A stretch of 64,000 bases of DNA from Candidatus Kapaibacterium sp. (GTDB lineage: Bacteria; Bacteroidota; Ignavibacteria; Kapaibacteriales; UBA2268), in NCBI GenBank assembly GCA_963664875.1, contig OY761611.1:3392001-3456000 (forward strand), in the 5' to 3' direction. The position numbers and the translations under genes were made by a program. Positions 60,895 to 64,000 of the stretch are shown piece after piece; positions within the stretch are counted from its first letter, which is position 1, and every line of letters begins with the position of its first letter. The notes under the pieces are model-generated. The model was given only the letters and a program-made list of their open reading frames with translations. It searched no databases and had not been told where the DNA came from.

Positions 60895-61537
60895 GAGGCT
60901 GAAAGCCTCAAAAGAGATTAGCCCATGGCAACGCCATGGGTATAAGGCATCAAAAAAAATTAGAGCCCTGAAAGGGCGGGAAGAAATGGCATGGCACACT
61001 CTTTAGCCGAAGTATATATTCACATTGTTTTCAGTACAAAAGACAGAGCACAAATAATAAAAAATGATTTAAGTGCCAGATTGCATTCCTACCTGGGAGG
61101 AATTTGCAATGGATTAAATTGTACCCCTCTCTCAATTGGAGGTTATGAGGATCATATTCATATACTTTGTGTTTTATCAAAAAAGACTAGCATTGTTGAA
61201 CTTGTTGAAAATCTCAAAAAACAATCTTCACGATGGATAAAAGAGCAGGACGCAAAATATTCATCTTTTTATTGGCAGGCCGGATATGGAGTATTCTCAG
61301 TAAATAAATCTCAAATATCTGATATTCGAAACTATATCGAAAATCAAGTCGAACATCACAAACGTGTAGATTTCAAACAGGAATACAAAGCCATCTTAGA
61401 CAAATTAGGAGTAAAATATGATGAAAGATATTTGTGGATATGACCATCTTGCCGCCCTTTCAGGGCTCTGGTAGTTTGGTTTGGGGTGTCCCGGGGCGAT
61501 GCCCCGGGCTAAGATCTCTCAGCCTTTCAGGCTGTAT
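60895..61537 (+). mobile_element. IS200/IS605-like (REP-associated) element with long inverted hairpin-bearing ends and no tnpB
   Basis: Left ggctgaaagcc/cccatggcaacgccatggg/gccctgaaagggc is mirrored on the right by gccctttcagggc/cccggggcgatgccccggg/agcctttcaggct. Confidence 0.85.
60991..61443 (+). CDS. tnpA: Y1 HUH transposase (IS200/IS605 TnpA / RAYT-like)
   Basis: HIVFSTK.R, DHIH (HUH), WQ.GYG.FSV, YIENQ (catalytic Tyr), C-terminal YDERY. Confidence 0.93.
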   Translation: MAHSLAEVYIHIVFSTKDRAQIIKNDLSARLHSYLGGICNGLNCTPLSIGGYEDHIHILCVLSKKTSIVELVENLKKQSSRWIKEQDAKYSSFYWQAGYGVFSVNKSQISDIRNYIENQVEHHKRVDFKQEYKAILDKLGVKYDERYLWI

Positions 61538-61567
61538 ATTTAATTGAAATTTTGGACTTTACAGTCC

Positions 61568-61741
61568 CTCAGTGACCTTAGATCACACGTAGTAAACCTG
61601 CCCAGCCCGTAATCTACTTTGCGCACGCCGTGGTCGCCCAGTTCGCTTTCTCTGTCAAGTTCCTTGCCGAGGTAGGCTGTGCGCTGGTCGTCGTTACCAC
61701 TTATGGCAGGAGCAAGCTTTCCAAATGGAAGATAATCAAAA
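61568..61741 (-). pseudogene. RHS header 6, truncated inside the insert, with no toxin tip
   Basis: FDYLPFGKLAPAISGNDDQRTAYLGKELDRESELGDHGVRKVDYGLGRFTTCD, then taaggtcactgag, then similarity ends. Confidence 0.75.
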
Positions 61742-61816
61742 ATTATTTTTTAAGAAAGACTCAAGCCTGAAAAAGTGTAAGTCTTTCTATGAGTTATACT
61801 AGTACAGGGAATATTA

Positions 61817-62233
61817 TTAATTTCCTAGGCTTAAAATATAATTTCTTTGCTTTTTAGGCAAAAAATTAGCGATAAACATTAATAATATGTTTTGATTTTT
61901 AACTACTCTGTAATTACCACATTGAATTTCACCATTCTCAAACACTTTCACAGTTGCAAAGCTACTATCAATATCATCCAGATCGTCATATAGTAATATA
62001 GTTAAAAGAATTTTACTGTGAATTGTTCCAGCATAAAGTTCATAGTTTGTAGAATCTTTAAGATAAATATTCAAACCATTAATAGATGCACTTGATCGAT
62101 CATAGATGCTATCTAGTGCTAAATCCATATTTACTTTTATACCTACAAAACTTATATTCTCAATATTCTGAGATTTTGCCAAATAGATAGATACCGACGA
62201 TAGTAAACAAAAATATACAAATATATATTTCAT
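61817..62233 (-). CDS. Putative additional immunity protein (secreted)
   Basis: Signal-peptide-like N-terminus; abuts the previous stop. Confidence 0.5.
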   Translation of the reverse strand: MKYIFVYFCLLSSVSIYLAKSQNIENISFVGIKVNMDLALDSIYDRSSASINGLNIYLKDSTNYELYAGTIHSKILLTILLYDDLDDIDSSFATVKVFENGEIQCGNYRVVKNQNILLMFIANFLPKKQRNYILSLGN

Positions 62234-62689
62234 TTATTTCATCTCCTCTAATAGATATGCATCTATCATGAAATAGTAGCAAGGAAGCATGTCAAATAAT
62301 GTGTTTTTTGAATCTTTTGGAATCGAGTAATATTTAGATCTGTATAAACAATAATCTAAAGTCACATTAAAACCAAATGTATCTCTTTGATGTTCAAATT
62401 CTTTAATAAAAACATGTTGGATAGTATAAAGCGGAGGCATTTGTTTAACTATATTTTTTTCAACAATAATAGAGTCTGTAATTTGAGTGAAACAAGAATA
62501 TATATCAATTCCTTTATACAATAGATAATTATCATAATGCAATTGACATATCTCTTCATTACTATGAATATACAAGCCCACTCCACTGTCAAAAGTATAA
62601 ATATGTATTTTATATCTATCACAATTAGCATGTCCAACTAATACTGAAAGAATAGCAAAAAGTAATAATGTTGATATTTTCTTATCCAT
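62234..62689 (-). CDS. Putative immunity protein 5, currently in frame with the upstream toxin
   Basis: Internal MDKKISTLLLFAILSVLVGHANC signal peptide at ATG 62689, after an A10 tract. Confidence 0.55.
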   Translation of the reverse strand: MDKKISTLLLFAILSVLVGHANCDRYKIHIYTFDSGVGLYIHSNEEICQLHYDNYLLYKGIDIYSCFTQITDSIIVEKNIVKQMPPLYTIQHVFIKEFEHQRDTFGFNVTLDYCLYRSKYYSIPKDSKNTLFDMLPCYYFMIDAYLLEEMK

Positions 62690-63418
62690 TCGTTTTTTCC
62701 TTTTTTTTTTGGGTACTTCTGTTGGAGAAGAAACATTTTTAGGTTTACCTTTGTGATCTTCTCTGCTTGATTCATCTGGGATAGCATCGCATGCTCTTTT
62801 CTCAGGTCCAGCAATAACTCTTTCTTCTTCATCATTGTCGTACTGTGGATTATAAGTTTTTATGGTTTTGATATATTCAAGTATAATATCATTGACAGAT
62901 TGTTTGAATTCCTTACTTGGAGGGAATCCATTGTTCTGCCAAAACTCCATATCGGATATATTTAATTGTTCAAAAGCATCGAAAATTGGAACAGCATGCA
63001 TTATTTCATGATATAAATTCATAGCAGGAGATTGCCCACTACCGTTTTCAAAAATAAGTCCTAATAAAGGAGACCACTCAACACGAAAAGCATTATTGCC
63101 AGTTCTAAATCTTTGTATATGAGAAGAATGTATGTCAATATCAAGTCTAACATGTGAATTATACATATCAATTAACTTAATTGCATCATCTTCTGGTAGA
63201 TTATCAATGAGATAATCTAAAGCCTAATTGAAATACATTTTATCCTGTTCAGTAGCATTAACTAATCTAAACTCTTTCCCATCATAATCAGCCAAACTCA
63301 CCGGATTGTTCATACTATACTGGTACGGAGACCATGCATAATATTTTTCCCACAGAGGGTCACACGTAGTAAACCTGCCTAGCTCGTAGTCCACTTTGCG
63401 GACGCCGTGGTCTCCCAT
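62682..63418 (-). pseudogene. RHS header 5 + HExxH metallopeptidase-like toxin tip with an in-frame TAG (63224-63226)
   Basis: ORFs 63418-63224 and 63166-62234 share a frame with one TAG between them; SPAMNLYHEIMHA...EE.RVI.G.E. Confidence 0.7.
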
Positions 63419-63485
63419 AGGGTTATAAGCATATCTCCATTCTATTCGGGCTTGGTCGTTGATATCTAACTAAAAAAGTGTCTTT

Positions 63486-64000
63486 TTATTCGTACAATAG
63501 ATATTTTTTACGCTTTTCTTTGAATTCCTTAACATCTTTATCAATAAACGCTTTGAAATCAAAAGAGGGATTATCCAAAATTGCGGCAATAATCTTTGCT
63601 GTTCCGGTTACCTTTTTGAACATAGGGATTTTGCTCTTTATTTCGGAATATTTGAAAAGATCGGGACTCTTCTTGCGTAGTTTGAAAAGCAGTTCGACAA
63701 CCGCTGTAAAAGGTTTGAAATCGCCCTCTCGCTCGAAAAAAATGATATACCCGAGGCAGGGTTTGCTCAGACCGGAATACATCCCGAAAAGAGGAGAAAA
63801 TTCGACAGGCTCTGCCCTAATAATCGAATTGGAGGGTTGCTCATCTAAAATACCTACACAATTAAGATAAGGATCGCCCAAGTAGCCAAAAGGCCTGTTG
63901 GTACCAATACCAATGCTTACTATACCCAGCTCGCCAAGCACTCCAAGGTATGCAAGCCCCTTAGCAGCATCAACGGTAGGAACAAATGGAGAGGTGGGGA
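63486..64000 (-). CDS. DUF1343/NamZ-like exo-beta-N-acetylmuramidase, C-terminal part (runs off the window)
   Basis: PTSPFVPT, VSIGIGTNRPF..LG.P, F...R.KYLLY. Confidence 0.75.
   Translation of the reverse strand, partial: PTSPFVPTVDAAKGLAYLGVLGELGIVSIGIGTNRPFGYLGDPYLNCVGILDEQPSNSIIRAEPVEFSPLFGMYSGLSKPCLGYIIFFEREGDFKPFTAVVELLFKLRKKSPDLFKYSEIKSKIPMFKKVTGTAKIIAAILDNPSFDFKAFIDKDVKEFKEKRKKYLLYE

Noticed and set aside
59750-60990. CRISPR array
   Set aside because: Units are ~264 bp and nearly identical throughout, with no unique spacers and no cas genes in the window
63224-63226. TAG recoding suggested by in-frame TAGs in RHS tips 2 and 5
   Set aside because: TAG is the normal stop of many intact genes here (YitT, K+ channel, hydA, the T9SS genes); nonsense decay is simpler
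63478-63870. 130-aa plus-strand ORF and other short antisense ORFs within long genes
   Set aside because: Shadow frames opposite well-supported CDSs, with no motifs

Overview
This is an AT-rich bacterial chromosome segment, inferred to be FCB group (Bacteroidota s.l./Kapabacteria/Ignavibacteria-like) from five proteins with T9SS-type C-terminal sorting tails. Housekeeping content: YitT-family protein, RCK K+ channel, queA, pth, proline dehydrogenase, L,D-transpeptidase, EamA, a Cache/PAS histidine kinase, a POT-like MFS transporter, an HdrD/FadF-like Fe-S oxidoreductase, tRNA-Arg(TCT), SRP RNA and a partial NamZ. There is also a trimeric [FeFe]-hydrogenase operon whose HydB is fused to a GltD/NfnB-like module, and a cobalamin riboswitch ahead of a YidE/CbtD-type transporter. 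Four accessory structures stand out. (1) An intact Mu-like head+lysis operon (35.8-42.2 kb) lacks terminase, tail tube/sheath, transposase and integrase. (2) Two arrays of orphan RHS toxin-tip/immunity cassettes (50.5-56.1 kb, 61.6-63.4 kb) share a homology header, which carries the same ~33-nt repeat at one site in 4 of 6 copies. (3) A Y1-HUH tnpA is preceded by four head-to-tail ~264-bp copies of its own internally deleted element. (4) Several nested REP-like palindrome families fill intergenic spaces and bracket tandem T9SS cargo genes. All calls come from visual motif recognition; no searches or folding programs were run.
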